A DNA stretch of 64,000 bases from Candidatus Gottesmanbacteria bacterium (GCA_023245415.1 JAHFKJ010000003.1:7196-71195), one strand, 5' to 3'. Positions 40,001-49,218 are shown, counted from the stretch's first letter. Program-made: numbers and translations. Notes: a model not told the origin generated them from the letters alone.

Positions 40001-43000
40001 CAGATTCCTATTGGTCACGACCCTGGTGGGATTATACGTCATCATACAACACGGGTGAAAAAGTGACCGAGGGTAAAGGTGTTACCGACAGTCATGGTAA
40101 TTTATTAGTCACGTTCCCTCTAACTATCAGTAAATATAAAACAAGTCAAAAAATGCTCGTTGAGGCAACTGTTACAGACGTAAACAATCAAGCAATTGCT
40201 GCATCTTCGCAGTTTACTGTTCACAAAGCCTCCGTTTACGTCGGTTTGCATCCGCTTAGTTACGCCAATACAGCAAATAGAGAGTCTAAAATTGATTTAG
40301 TCTCGGTAAACAATAAAGGACAGGAACTCTCAAATCAGGTGGTGGCGCTGACGTTTTACAAAAGAACCTGGGAAAGTGTGAGGGAGAAAAACCCCGAAGA
40401 CGGAAAATTCTATTATGTAAGTAAACCAAAAGATACTTTAATATCGCAGTCTACAACCACGACCGATTCGATAGGTAGGAGTCAAGTTGGATTTACTCCA
40501 TCTGAAGGAGGGACATATAAGATAGTCGCTCATGTTCAGGATGATCGAGGTAACCAAAATACAAGCAGTTCATTTATTTGGGTTTCCGGATACGGATTTG
40601 AAACCGCTCGGGAAAACCACGATCGCATGGTATTGGTTACTGACAAACGCGATTATTTAGTAGGCGAGAATTTATCGCTTTTTGTAGCGACTCCTTTTGC
40701 GTCTGTTTCAGCCAAAACGCTGCTAACTGCAGAAAGAGGAAAAGTACTGGATTACAAGATAGTTGATACGAATGAAACATCTAATAATTTCGTTTTGCCA
40801 ATAAAAGATACTTATGCACCAAACATTTATATCGGCGCATTACTTCTAAAACCGGGATCTGAAATTAAAAATCCGCCAGAGTTTAAGATTGGTTATTCAG
40901 AGGTTAAAATTACTGATAAAAAACAGCAAGTCGTAGTAACTATTTCAACTGATAAGAAGAAATATAAACCGAAAGAAAAAGCCAAAATTTATATCGAAAC
41001 TAAAGATCTTTTGGGAAAACCAGTAGCAACAGAGTTGGCAGTTGGGCTTGTGGATAAGGCAGTTTGGGACTTGGCTATTTCAGCGCTTCCTGATATTTAT
41101 AAAACTTATTATCAGCCGCGAAATTTAGAAGTGTCAACTTCACAACTTCTGACCATTTCCTTCGATCGAATCAACGCCAACACGAACTTAGGTGCCAAAG
41201 GCGGTAGCGGTGGTGGTGGAGGGGACGGCGGGGTAGATACAACAAGGCGTAATTTTCCGGAAACAGCCTACTGGAATCCGCATATATTGACTGACAGTCA
41301 GGGTAAAGCTACAGTTGAAATTAATTTACCTGATAATTTGACAACCTGGAGACTGGCAGTTATTGCCAATAGTGAAGACGCCGCATTTGGATCAGGCACC
41401 AGCGAAGTAGTAGTAAGTCGTGATTTGCTGATTCGACCTTTTCTTCCAAGGTTTCTGTCAACAGGAGATGAAGCACAATTAGGCGCCATCATTTCCAATA
41501 CAAGCGGATCGCCGCTTGAGATTCAGACTAAACTAAACGCTCAAGGTGTACTCATTAAAGATTCCGAAACAAAACAGAATAAAGTTGATGATGGAGGGCA
41601 AATTAAATTACTCTGGTCGACTCAGGCTGAGAGCACCACAAGTGCAGTGTTCAAATTTTCCGTAACTGCACTTAATTCCCAATTTACTGATGCAGTAGAG
41701 GTGACATTACCGGTTAAAACGTATAGTATTCCCGAGATAGTAGCAACGGCCGGACTTGCTGCCGATACTGCAACAGAAAAAATAGTCTTACCCCAAGTTG
41801 ATACGACTCAAGGAAACGCCCAAATTACTTTATCTCCTTCCTTAAGTAGCAATGGCTTAAATGGGTTCAAATATTTATTTGATTATCCATATTATTGCAC
41901 CGAGCAGACTATTAGCCGATTTTTACCCGCACTTTATGCATATCACGTTCTCTCTAATGCGCAAATAGACAAAAGTGGCCCATTAGATATTCAACGACTC
42001 AAAGCCGTAGTAAATGACGGTATACAAAGATTAAATAACAGCCAGCATACGGATGGAGGATGGGGATGGTGGATTGAACATGACAGTGTGCCTTATTTAA
42101 GTGCATATGCTTATTCCGGTTTATTAGAAGCTAAAAATAACGGTTTTACAGTTTCAGAGTATACGCTTCAAAAAGCGCGGGCATATTTGGAAAGCCTATT
42201 GGCTCAGGGTGAGAAGAAGATTAATTTAAATTTACAGGCTTATATTTTATATGTCTTAAAAGACAAAAATACACAACTTGTTTCATACGGGGCCAACTTG
42301 TTTGAGCGCCGTTTTGAATTGTCAATCGAATCAAGAAGTTATTTAGCAATTGCCATGAAATCTATTCCGGGTTTGAATGGACAATCTTCACAGCTATATC
42401 AGGAAATTTTAAGCCTTGCTAAGAAAACTGCCACAACTACTGCCTGGGAAGAAACTAAAGCTGATTATGAGTTGATGGGTAGCAATACCTCAACCACAGC
42501 CACAGTCTTAGGAATGATTGTTTTGTTCGACCGTAAAAATCCATTGATTCCTGAAATCGTCAGGCATTTAATGACCACAAAAACAGATGATCATTGGGGT
42601 TCCACACGTGATACCGCAACAGTTATCAAAGCTTTAGCAACGCAACTTTTAAATCAAGGTGATCAGCGAGTAAATGAAACGTATCGATTGGAATTAAATG
42701 GGAAAATATTAAAGGAAGGTCAATTTAAAAAAGAAGACCTACTAAAACTTGAAACATATGTAATAAATATTAAAGATTTTACACAAGGCATTGAAAATAC
42801 ATTGCGCTTTACAAAAAATGGTCAAGGCAACTTATATTATAATATTAATCTAAAATACTACCTGCCTTTTTCGGAAATTGCTCCTTTGGAACAAGGAATG
42901 GTAGTTATACGCGAGTTTGTAAATGATAAAGGCAAGGTATTGCCTACAGATGCAATAATTGAAAATTCCGAAGTTTGGATACGGTTAATTGTGGTTGCTC

Positions 43001-43329
43001 CCGCAGAAAGGCATTATGTAGTCGTTGAAGATATATTGCCAGCAGGACTTGAAGCAGTGAATGAGAGTTTGAAAAATACCAGTGTTTTAAATTCAGTACA
43101 GCCAAAGATCGTAGATGTGCATAAATTTCTCTATTTTAATCACAAGGAATACCATGATGATCGGGTGACGCTATTTGCTGACTATTTATCGCCAGGCGTC
43201 TATGAAGTATCATACCGAGTCAGAGCCACTACTTCAGGAAAATATCACTACCCGCCGGCTAGTGCTTATCAAATGTATACGCCTGATGTTTCCGGTCATT
43301 CCAGCGGAGGCTGGTTGGAAGTAAAGTAG
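37039..43329 (+). CDS. Alpha-2-macroglobulin family protein (bacterial A2M, thioester-containing), membrane-anchored
   Basis: 2096 aa; four N-terminal TM helices; repeated MG-like beta domains; Gly-rich bait-like segment GAKGGSGGGGGDGG followed by RRNFPETAYWNP (A2M FPETW motif); thioester CTEQ at nt 41896-41907 inside FDYPYYCTEQTISRF. Confidence 0.9.
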   Translation: MKKFIINFFLELRNKLTRYSNPPIDGQSGLEIQRSFDKGINDKPKRPLKKSEKFLLLVIAILLGLCLWFIFDNKFYISAYFKIYGVIILFIFTFIAVITIYLWQNRVSEFKGINIFLKFIRLVFIFLIFFGKQLRIWLVNFKQSDRTKRWQMIRIPVFTVAVVSIIMNIWPLFVPPKISTSFPGNTNMEVPLDTKIEIIFSKKMLKVSIEKNFQIEPPIVGTMAWESDQKFIFTPQDKLQRASNYTVKFKGLLLSNFLVPLRGNTELNFKTIGNPKVILASPLNEALENLTPITVVFDRQMIPLTTATNSAVKQSAFTISPPVIGEGRWLGTTAYQFRPVENFKLGTTYKVTIPQGMRSQDEGVLSEDYSWEFSSSRPRVEEVTPKQDYDYASVTASVSAQFNQDLDNESLKDHFTLYDENSHPVPGQIKTNGRVFGFYAFAPLKRESRYQAVISRGVKNTEGPNGLEDDYSWNFNVAAKPLIIKTTPKNGDKEVKGEQNVEVLFKTPMDEESFKNNITISPKQDHPISYYFSSYNDRHSLSISTYLGRSQNYTITIGANVTDQYGVSIGVPYSFSFATAAYEPSISIHPQGTYFGSFSAGIVSRVVVQVINANRVDYKLYKLKNDDFLDLYRRRYENQCGQQIGCSNWQNYNPQNLETVNSWSETFNGDFNVPTQVVTKVLTQPGDKIPPGFYYLDVRISQGPHDNLVMIVSKSALTVKKSDKQLFVWSVNQSTGQVLPNMELKLTDSSGKVLSSGATNPDGVLMQDVNLFNRNNLFVFGQKGDEMTVASTAWSEGINSYDFGLPSYYDSNQRQDYEMQQKYKLFITLDRSIYRPGGKVYFKGLIRKDTDALYEKVQMGEKVKLSITDARNRSVYSESLAINSFGSFSGDFSTSLDANLGNYQISTSYSGSSFSTQFQVEEYRRPEVAVTVTPEKEEYAQNEVLNLTINGAYYFGAPVAEAPVKWVLQTQDEAFRWDKDWRYEFGDSDSYWSRPWWDYTSSYNTGEKVTEGKGVTDSHGNLLVTFPLTISKYKTSQKMLVEATVTDVNNQAIAASSQFTVHKASVYVGLHPLSYANTANRESKIDLVSVNNKGQELSNQVVALTFYKRTWESVREKNPEDGKFYYVSKPKDTLISQSTTTTDSIGRSQVGFTPSEGGTYKIVAHVQDDRGNQNTSSSFIWVSGYGFETARENHDRMVLVTDKRDYLVGENLSLFVATPFASVSAKTLLTAERGKVLDYKIVDTNETSNNFVLPIKDTYAPNIYIGALLLKPGSEIKNPPEFKIGYSEVKITDKKQQVVVTISTDKKKYKPKEKAKIYIETKDLLGKPVATELAVGLVDKAVWDLAISALPDIYKTYYQPRNLEVSTSQLLTISFDRINANTNLGAKGGSGGGGGDGGVDTTRRNFPETAYWNPHILTDSQGKATVEINLPDNLTTWRLAVIANSEDAAFGSGTSEVVVSRDLLIRPFLPRFLSTGDEAQLGAIISNTSGSPLEIQTKLNAQGVLIKDSETKQNKVDDGGQIKLLWSTQAESTTSAVFKFSVTALNSQFTDAVEVTLPVKTYSIPEIVATAGLAADTATEKIVLPQVDTTQGNAQITLSPSLSSNGLNGFKYLFDYPYYCTEQTISRFLPALYAYHVLSNAQIDKSGPLDIQRLKAVVNDGIQRLNNSQHTDGGWGWWIEHDSVPYLSAYAYSGLLEAKNNGFTVSEYTLQKARAYLESLLAQGEKKINLNLQAYILYVLKDKNTQLVSYGANLFERRFELSIESRSYLAIAMKSIPGLNGQSSQLYQEILSLAKKTATTTAWEETKADYELMGSNTSTTATVLGMIVLFDRKNPLIPEIVRHLMTTKTDDHWGSTRDTATVIKALATQLLNQGDQRVNETYRLELNGKILKEGQFKKEDLLKLETYVINIKDFTQGIENTLRFTKNGQGNLYYNINLKYYLPFSEIAPLEQGMVVIREFVNDKGKVLPTDAIIENSEVWIRLIVVAPAERHYVVVEDILPAGLEAVNESLKNTSVLNSVQPKIVDVHKFLYFNHKEYHDDRVTLFADYLSPGVYEVSYRVRATTSGKYHYPPASAYQMYTPDVSGHSSGGWLEVK

Positions 43330-43346
43330 TCCTGCCTGCAAATCTT

Positions 43347-44876
43347 ATGTTAGCAAAAGTCATTTCTGCAGCCACATTAGGTTTACAAAGTATTTTAGTT
43401 ACCGTGGAAGTTGACATATCGAGTGGAACTCTACCTTCTTTTACGATCGTTGGATTGCCGGACAAAGCAGTTGACGAATCAAAAGAGCGCGTGCGCGCAG
43501 CCATCAAAAATTCAGGTGCGGATTTTTTAGCCAGAAGAATTACAGTGAATTTAGCACCTGCAGATTTACCGAAAGAAGGACCGCAATATGATTTACCCAT
43601 TGCGGTGGGGTTGCTTTTAGCTTCGGGTCAGCTGGATGTAAATATTGACAATATGCTCTTTGTTGGTGAACTGTCCCTTGACGGAAGTTTAAGACATACT
43701 AACGGTATATTGCCGTTAGCTTTGCTGGCTAAGGAATTAAAGATCAATCATGTATTTGTGCCAGCTATAAATAGTATTGAAGCTTCAGTCATTGCTGGTA
43801 TATCCGTTTATCCAGTCGAAACGCTTTTGCAGCTATTCCGGCACTTAAATAAAACGGCACTAATTAAAGCAAGTACTTACACGCCTTTCAGTCAGATAAA
43901 AAAAGACCAAGCTTTTGAATTTGATTTTACTGATATCCATGGTCAGGAACAGACAAAAAGAGCATTGGAAATAGCTGCCGCAGGAAGTCACAACATATTT
44001 CTTAAAGGGCCTCCAGGGGCTGGTAAGACAATGCTTTCGCGCAGCCTGCCTTCAATATTGCCAGATTTATCTGAGGCAGAAGCATTCGAAGTTACAAAAA
44101 TCTATTCAGTTACCGGTAATTTGCCATCAGGAGAATCAATTATCAAATATCGACCGTTTCGCTCGCCTCATCATACTACTAGCCGAAATGGATTGATTGG
44201 TGGAGGTACACACCCGAAGCCAGGTGAAATTTCACTGGCTCACAGAGGCGTGTTGTTTTTAGATGAATTTCCAGAGTTTCCACGAGCTGTGCTTGAAGCA
44301 TTGCGGCAGCCTCTAGAAGATGGGATTGTTACCATATCGCGAGCTTCCGGAACTATAGCCTATCCGGCCAAATTCTTGCTTGTTGGAGCTGCCAATCCAT
44401 GTCCGTGTGGGAACTACCAGGATCCGACAAAAAAATGCATCTGTTTTCCAGGGATTATTTCTCGTTATCAAAAACGGATTTCCGGACCAATATTGGATAG
44501 AATAGATTTACATATTGATGTACCGGCAGTGCCGACTGAAAAACTTATACAGAAACATGCTCAACGGGCTGAAGTATCAAAAGAAATAAAAGTCAGAGTT
44601 GAACGTGCGCGGATGCATCAGGAGAAACGTTTTGTAAATTCAGGAATATTTTCTAATGCAGAAATGTCAACCAAACTTGTAAAGAAATATTGTCCGTTGA
44701 CTGCCGATTGTCTGAGTTTACTTCAGCAGGCGGTTACCAAGCTTAAGCTTTCTGCACGCGGTTACTACAAAGTAATCAAAGTATCTAGAACCATTGCAGA
44801 TCTGGCGGAATCGAGATTCGTTAAAACTGAACATATAGCTGAGGCTTTACAATATAGACCAAAGGTGGAAAATTAA
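43347..44876 (+). CDS. comM: YifB/ComM family Mg-chelatase-like AAA+ ATPase
   Basis: 509 aa; N-terminal Lon-like/ChlI domain; Walker A GPPGAGKTM; Walker B VLFLDEFPEF; zinc-ribbon-like CPCGNY...CIC. Confidence 0.92.
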   Translation: MLAKVISAATLGLQSILVTVEVDISSGTLPSFTIVGLPDKAVDESKERVRAAIKNSGADFLARRITVNLAPADLPKEGPQYDLPIAVGLLLASGQLDVNIDNMLFVGELSLDGSLRHTNGILPLALLAKELKINHVFVPAINSIEASVIAGISVYPVETLLQLFRHLNKTALIKASTYTPFSQIKKDQAFEFDFTDIHGQEQTKRALEIAAAGSHNIFLKGPPGAGKTMLSRSLPSILPDLSEAEAFEVTKIYSVTGNLPSGESIIKYRPFRSPHHTTSRNGLIGGGTHPKPGEISLAHRGVLFLDEFPEFPRAVLEALRQPLEDGIVTISRASGTIAYPAKFLLVGAANPCPCGNYQDPTKKCICFPGIISRYQKRISGPILDRIDLHIDVPAVPTEKLIQKHAQRAEVSKEIKVRVERARMHQEKRFVNSGIFSNAEMSTKLVKKYCPLTADCLSLLQQAVTKLKLSARGYYKVIKVSRTIADLAESRFVKTEHIAEALQYRPKVEN

Positions 44877-44903
44877 CTCGATTTAAGTTAAACAAAAAAC
44901 ACA

Positions 44904-44929
44904 AACCCTCATCAATTCGATGAGGGGTT
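44904..44929. terminator. Bidirectional terminator between comM (+) and the zinc-ribbon gene (-)
   Basis: AACCCTCATC-AATTC-GATGAGGGGTT; on the minus strand it is followed by a T-rich tract (GTTTTTTGTTT). Confidence 0.6.
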
Positions 44930-44967
44930 GTGTTAAAAGAATTTAAATTCTTTGTCGTAATAATAGG

Positions 44968-45108
44968 TTAACCGCCGATCTTGTACATACCTGTTCCGCA
45001 AACGGGACACTTACCCTTCATTGCGGGTTTTCCATTTTTCATTGTGACTCGTGTTGCATTAGGATCTTCTCTCTTTGCTCGACACTTGACGCAATACATT
45101 TCTGCCAT
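44968..45108 (-). CDS. Small zinc-ribbon protein (46 aa, 4 Cys; DUF5679-like)
   Basis: Translation MAEMYCVKCRAKREDPNATRVTMKNGKPAMKGKCPVCGTGMYKIGG with CxxC...CxxC; GGGGGTG Shine-Dalgarno 9 nt upstream; below the 60-aa cutoff of the ORF track. Confidence 0.7.
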   Translation of the reverse strand: MAEMYCVKCRAKREDPNATRVTMKNGKPAMKGKCPVCGTGMYKIGG

Positions 45109-45135
45109 ACAGTTATTCACCCCCTTCCACGAAGT

Positions 45136-45381
45136 TTACCAACCTAATCTATTTGAAAAAACTGCCAGGATTATTTCTCCGGTTATAAAAAACGTGCTGA
45201 TTAAAATAGTTTTTATCAAATCTTTCTTAACGATATAATCCTGCGCAGGTTGTGGTGAAGTTGTGGTTTGCGGATGTATGCTGGTTTTAGCAGCATTGAA
45301 AATAAAAGGTTGTGGTGTAATACTGAATTTATCTCTTCTTAAATCTGTAAGTTGTTTTTGCTGGCGCGTTTTTTTAGGCAT
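45136..45381 (-). CDS. Hypothetical small membrane protein (81 aa) upstream of the zinc-ribbon gene
   Basis: ORF with C-terminal TM (ILISTFFITGEIILAVF); ends 27 nt before the zinc-ribbon start, same strand. Confidence 0.35.
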   Translation of the reverse strand: MPKKTRQQKQLTDLRRDKFSITPQPFIFNAAKTSIHPQTTTSPQPAQDYIVKKDLIKTILISTFFITGEIILAVFSNRLGW

Positions 45382-45469
45382 AACTTAGGTTGGTGTACGA
45401 GATATATCACAAATATTTACAGCTTGTCAAATAGTACCCTACTCATACGTCCTCTCATAATACAATTCA

Positions 45470-45498
45470 TTGACAGCATTTAAGACAGCCGTTACAAT
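45470..45498 (+). promoter_or_regulatory. Consensus sigma-70 promoter TTGACA-17-TACAAT upstream of the DUF4446 gene
   Basis: -35 TTGACA at 45470-45475, 17-nt spacer, -10 TACAAT at 45493-45498; start codon at 45529. Confidence 0.45.
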
Positions 45499-45528
45499 AT
45501 TGCATATCATTGGTGTTCAATAAATAGA

Positions 45529-45990
45529 ATGATAGTTTGGCTTATTTTAGTAATTATTGGAATTTGGTTGACAATTTTGAGCTTTTTGCTCTTTAAGACC
45601 TTATCCAATTACAATCGTTTAACATACGGGGTAACTGAAAAAACATTGTCCGAAGTACTGTCAAGCTTGCTTGAAAAACAAGAACTATCTGAAAAAGAAG
45701 CGATTCATGTTAAATCCAAGATTCAGGAATTGGAAAATAGGTCTTTTCATTTTATCCAACGGATAGGACTGGTTAGATTTAATCCTTTTAATGATACAGG
45801 TGGAGATCAAAGTTTTGTTCTTGCCTTACTTAATTTGCAGGAGTCTGGTATTATAATTACATCATTATATGCGCGTACTGGAGTACGCTGGTATATTAAA
45901 ACAGTAAAAAAAGGTAAAGGTGTAGAGCACGAATTATCAAATGAAGAAACCCAAAGCTTACAAAAAGCGATGAAAGGAACACTGCCATGA
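45529..45990 (+). CDS. DUF4446-like protein (N-terminal TM, conserved RFNPFNDTGGDQSF core)
   Basis: 153 aa; motif VRFNPFNDTGGDQSFVLALLN recalled from the DUF4446 family. Confidence 0.55.
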   Translation: MIVWLILVIIGIWLTILSFLLFKTLSNYNRLTYGVTEKTLSEVLSSLLEKQELSEKEAIHVKSKIQELENRSFHFIQRIGLVRFNPFNDTGGDQSFVLALLNLQESGIIITSLYARTGVRWYIKTVKKGKGVEHELSNEETQSLQKAMKGTLP

Positions 45991-47168
45991 AAAATAAATC
46001 AAACGTTTTTTATATAATTGGTGCGATAGTTCTATATTTAGTTGCAACTGGAATTTCGTATGCAGGATTTACATTAGCAGATCAAAAAAAATCCACACTT
46101 ACAGTAGTTCCTTCAAATGTACCTGCGACTAGCAAAGGCAAACATGTGATAGACCCCTCTATACCACGAACCGAAGTCTGTCCTCTTAACGGCCTTAAAT
46201 TTACGGAAATGGAACGTAAGAAATGGGAAGAAAGACGTCCATTAGCCGTGATGATTGAAAATCACGAGGAAGCTCGACCGCAGTCAGGATTATCTTATGC
46301 TGATATCATTTATGAAACGGTAGCAGAAGGTGGAGTGACTCGGTTTATGGGAGTATTTTATTGCGGTATCGCAGTCGAGAATTTAGCTTTTGCACCAGTC
46401 AGAAGCGCAAGAACTTATTTTGTGGATTGGGTATCAGAATATGATGCTTTATATAATCATGTCGGTGGGGCAGGAAATTGCAATGATGATACTGTTGATA
46501 ATCGGGCAAAAGCGTTATGCCAAATTGGTAAGTACGGAATAAAAGATATGGATCAATTCGGAATTCCGTTTCCTACCTGTTTTCGCAATTACGACCGGTT
46601 AGATCATCCGGTTGCAACAGAACACACGATGGTTTGTCACTCAGATAAATTATATGATTTGGCAAAAAAGCGTGAATGGACAAATGTTGATGAAAATGGA
46701 GTAGCCTGGAATAAAAACTTTGAAAGTTGGAAATTTAAAGAAGAGCCAAAAGATTCTGTTGATGGATCAGTTAAATCAATCTCGTTTGCACATTGGGAGT
46801 CCATGGTAGCCGAATATGGGGTAAAGTTTGAATATGATAAGACCTCAAACACCTATAAGCGTTCGACCGGAGGAAAGCCACATATGGATCTGGAAACAAA
46901 TGAACAATTAGCTCCCAAAAATGTGGTGATTCAATTTGCAAAAGAGACTATAGGAGTCGATGAGCATGGACACGTAATCTATGGTACGATTGGTACCGGT
47001 AAAGCGTTAATTTTCCAGGATGGAAAAGAGATTTCAGGTACCTGGAAAAAAATAAACCGGATTGCTAGAACGAAATTTTTTGACGAAAAAGGCAAGGGAA
47101 TTCAATTTAATCCGGGACAAATTTGGATTGATGTTGTGAGTCTAGATACGAAAATCGCAACTAATTAA
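45987..47168 (+). CDS. DUF3048 (YerB-like) secreted/lipoprotein-like protein
   Basis: N-terminal TM/signal; IYETVAEGGVTRFMGVFY corresponds to the YEYPVEGGITRF motif of DUF3048. Confidence 0.6.
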   Translation: MKNKSNVFYIIGAIVLYLVATGISYAGFTLADQKKSTLTVVPSNVPATSKGKHVIDPSIPRTEVCPLNGLKFTEMERKKWEERRPLAVMIENHEEARPQSGLSYADIIYETVAEGGVTRFMGVFYCGIAVENLAFAPVRSARTYFVDWVSEYDALYNHVGGAGNCNDDTVDNRAKALCQIGKYGIKDMDQFGIPFPTCFRNYDRLDHPVATEHTMVCHSDKLYDLAKKREWTNVDENGVAWNKNFESWKFKEEPKDSVDGSVKSISFAHWESMVAEYGVKFEYDKTSNTYKRSTGGKPHMDLETNEQLAPKNVVIQFAKETIGVDEHGHVIYGTIGTGKALIFQDGKEISGTWKKINRIARTKFFDEKGKGIQFNPGQIWIDVVSLDTKIATN

Positions 47169-47284
47169 TCTGCCCACAGCTGTTATAAAAAAACTTTGGG
47201 TAAAATCATCACTGCCTAAATTGACATATTTTGTATAATATTTAGAATTCCTGCTTCAATGCTTCCGCAACGTATTTAAAATCT

Positions 47285-47860
47285 ATGTTAAAAGATTTGA
47301 TAACTTCACGGGTACGGATAAAAATCCTCACACTACTTTTGAGTAAGCCTGATCAAATGTATCACGTACGTGAAATTGTACGTCAAATTGATGAAGAGAT
47401 CAACGCTGTTCGCCGGGAACTTTTGCACATGGAAAAAAATGCGATGGTAGTGAAGGAGCCTCGGGCAAACCGTTTATTCTACACATTTCGCAAATCATAT
47501 TCTTTATATTTTGAATTACTGGAATTAATTGCAAAGACGACTGGGTTGGGAGGAGAAATTCTTAAAAACAAAGCTAAAATTGGAAAAATTAAATTTGTGA
47601 TGTTTTCCGGAAAATTTGTTCGAAATTTAACCCAAAGCCCGGGCAGCGTAGATATATTAGTCGTTGGAACAGTAGTGCTACCGGAACTGGCACAATTGGT
47701 ACGGATTGAGGAAAATCGTAGGGGGCGTGAAATTAATTACACAGTGATGAGTGAAGAGGAATTTATATTTCGAAAACGAAGACGCGATCCATTTATATTA
47801 GGCGTATTTAGCGGGGCGAGGCTTATGATTATTGGTGATGAAGAAGAGTTAGTATCATGA
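47285..47860 (+). CDS. Winged-helix (ArsR-like) transcriptional regulator with C-terminal nucleotidyltransferase-like domain
   Basis: N-terminal LITSRVRIKILTLLL...YHVREIV HTH; C-terminal VDILVVG...EEFIFRK; start of secD overlaps its stop. Confidence 0.45.
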   Translation: MLKDLITSRVRIKILTLLLSKPDQMYHVREIVRQIDEEINAVRRELLHMEKNAMVVKEPRANRLFYTFRKSYSLYFELLELIAKTTGLGGEILKNKAKIGKIKFVMFSGKFVRNLTQSPGSVDILVVGTVVLPELAQLVRIEENRRGREINYTVMSEEEFIFRKRRRDPFILGVFSGARLMIIGDEEELVS

Positions 47861-49215
47861 AAAAATCAAAGATTATATTGTTAGTTATTTATGTTTTTAC
47901 TGTATGTTCTATTATAATTAGTCTTCCAGATAACCTGCCTCTTAAATTTAATATCGGACTGTTCAAAATCAATCGAGTTACATCTCCACATATTCAAATT
48001 CCGTTTTTAGGAATTGATAAAAAAATATCGACGCATTTAGGCCTTGATTTATTAGGTGGTACTCAGCTGGTGGTTGAGGCAGATATGAAAAATGTTCCAT
48101 CTTCCCAGAGAAACCAGGCTTTGGAAAGCGTACGGGAAGTTATTGACCGGCGGATTAATTTCTTTGGAGTTTCTGAGCCCGTCGTTCAAACAGCTCAATC
48201 AGGTGAAAGCTTTCGGGTGATTATTGAACTTCCCGGAGTCAAAGATATCAATCAAGCCCTGGAAACACTGGGACAAACTGCGAAACTTGAGTTTCGTGAA
48301 TTTACGAAAGAATCTAGTTTATCCGGATATTACGCAACACTCGAAAATACTAGATCCGTGAATTTAACAGGAGCCGATTTAAAAAAATCAGAAGTAGCTT
48401 TCGATCAAACTTCAGGAGAGCCTATGGTGGCATTTGAATTAACTTCAGAGGGAGGTAAAAAATTTGCTGACGTTTCAACCAGATTAGTCGGAAAACGTCT
48501 GGCGATTTTTTTGGATGACTTTGTAGTTTCAGATCCGATTGTTAAAAATCCTATCACTGATGGTAGAGGATCAATCAGTGGCGGATTTACCCCAGACGCC
48601 GCAAAAACTTTAGCTCTGCAGTTATCTGCAGGCGCCTTGCCAACTCCTATTAAAATTATTGAACAAAAAAATATTGGAGCGACTTTAGGACAATCTTCTG
48701 TAGAAAAAAGCATTCGGGCCGGGGAAGTTGGACTATTTCTGGTAGCATTATTTATGATTCTAAACTACGGTAAACTCGGACTTATTGCTGACTTAGCTCT
48801 CATTATTTATGGGTTACTGTCATATGCTTTGTTTAGATTAATTCCGGTAACTTTGACATTACCGGGAATTGCCGGATTTATACTTTCAATTGGAATGGCA
48901 GTTGATAGTAATATTCTTATTTTTGAACGCATAAAAGAAGAACAGAGAAAAGGCAAACCATGGCATATAGCCATGGAATTAGGGTTTGGTCGTGCCTGGG
49001 ATAGTATTAGAGATGCCAATTTCACGACAATAATGACTGGTCTCATTCTTTACAATCCGCTTAGTTGGAATTTTATTCCTTCATCGGGACTTGTAAGAGG
49101 ATTTGCTTTAACACTGTTGCTCGGGGTTATTATTAGTTTATTTACCGGGATTGTGGTATCTAGGAATCTAATTCGAACTCTTTATCGACCTAAAAAATTA
49201 AAAGTCACAAATTAG
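47857..49215 (+). CDS. secD: Protein translocase subunit SecD
   Basis: 452 aa; N-terminal TM, large periplasmic domain, C-terminal 5-TM bundle (GLDLLGGTQLV, LPGIAGFILSIGMAVD). Confidence 0.92.
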   Translation: MKKSKIILLVIYVFTVCSIIISLPDNLPLKFNIGLFKINRVTSPHIQIPFLGIDKKISTHLGLDLLGGTQLVVEADMKNVPSSQRNQALESVREVIDRRINFFGVSEPVVQTAQSGESFRVIIELPGVKDINQALETLGQTAKLEFREFTKESSLSGYYATLENTRSVNLTGADLKKSEVAFDQTSGEPMVAFELTSEGGKKFADVSTRLVGKRLAIFLDDFVVSDPIVKNPITDGRGSISGGFTPDAAKTLALQLSAGALPTPIKIIEQKNIGATLGQSSVEKSIRAGEVGLFLVALFMILNYGKLGLIADLALIIYGLLSYALFRLIPVTLTLPGIAGFILSIGMAVDSNILIFERIKEEQRKGKPWHIAMELGFGRAWDSIRDANFTTIMTGLILYNPLSWNFIPSSGLVRGFALTLLLGVIISLFTGIVVSRNLIRTLYRPKKLKVTN

Positions 49216-49218
49216 GAG

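Noticed and set aside
44981-45238. 85-aa plus-strand ORF
   Set aside because: It is antisense to the much better supported zinc-ribbon gene (SD, Cys4, terminator) and the small membrane protein
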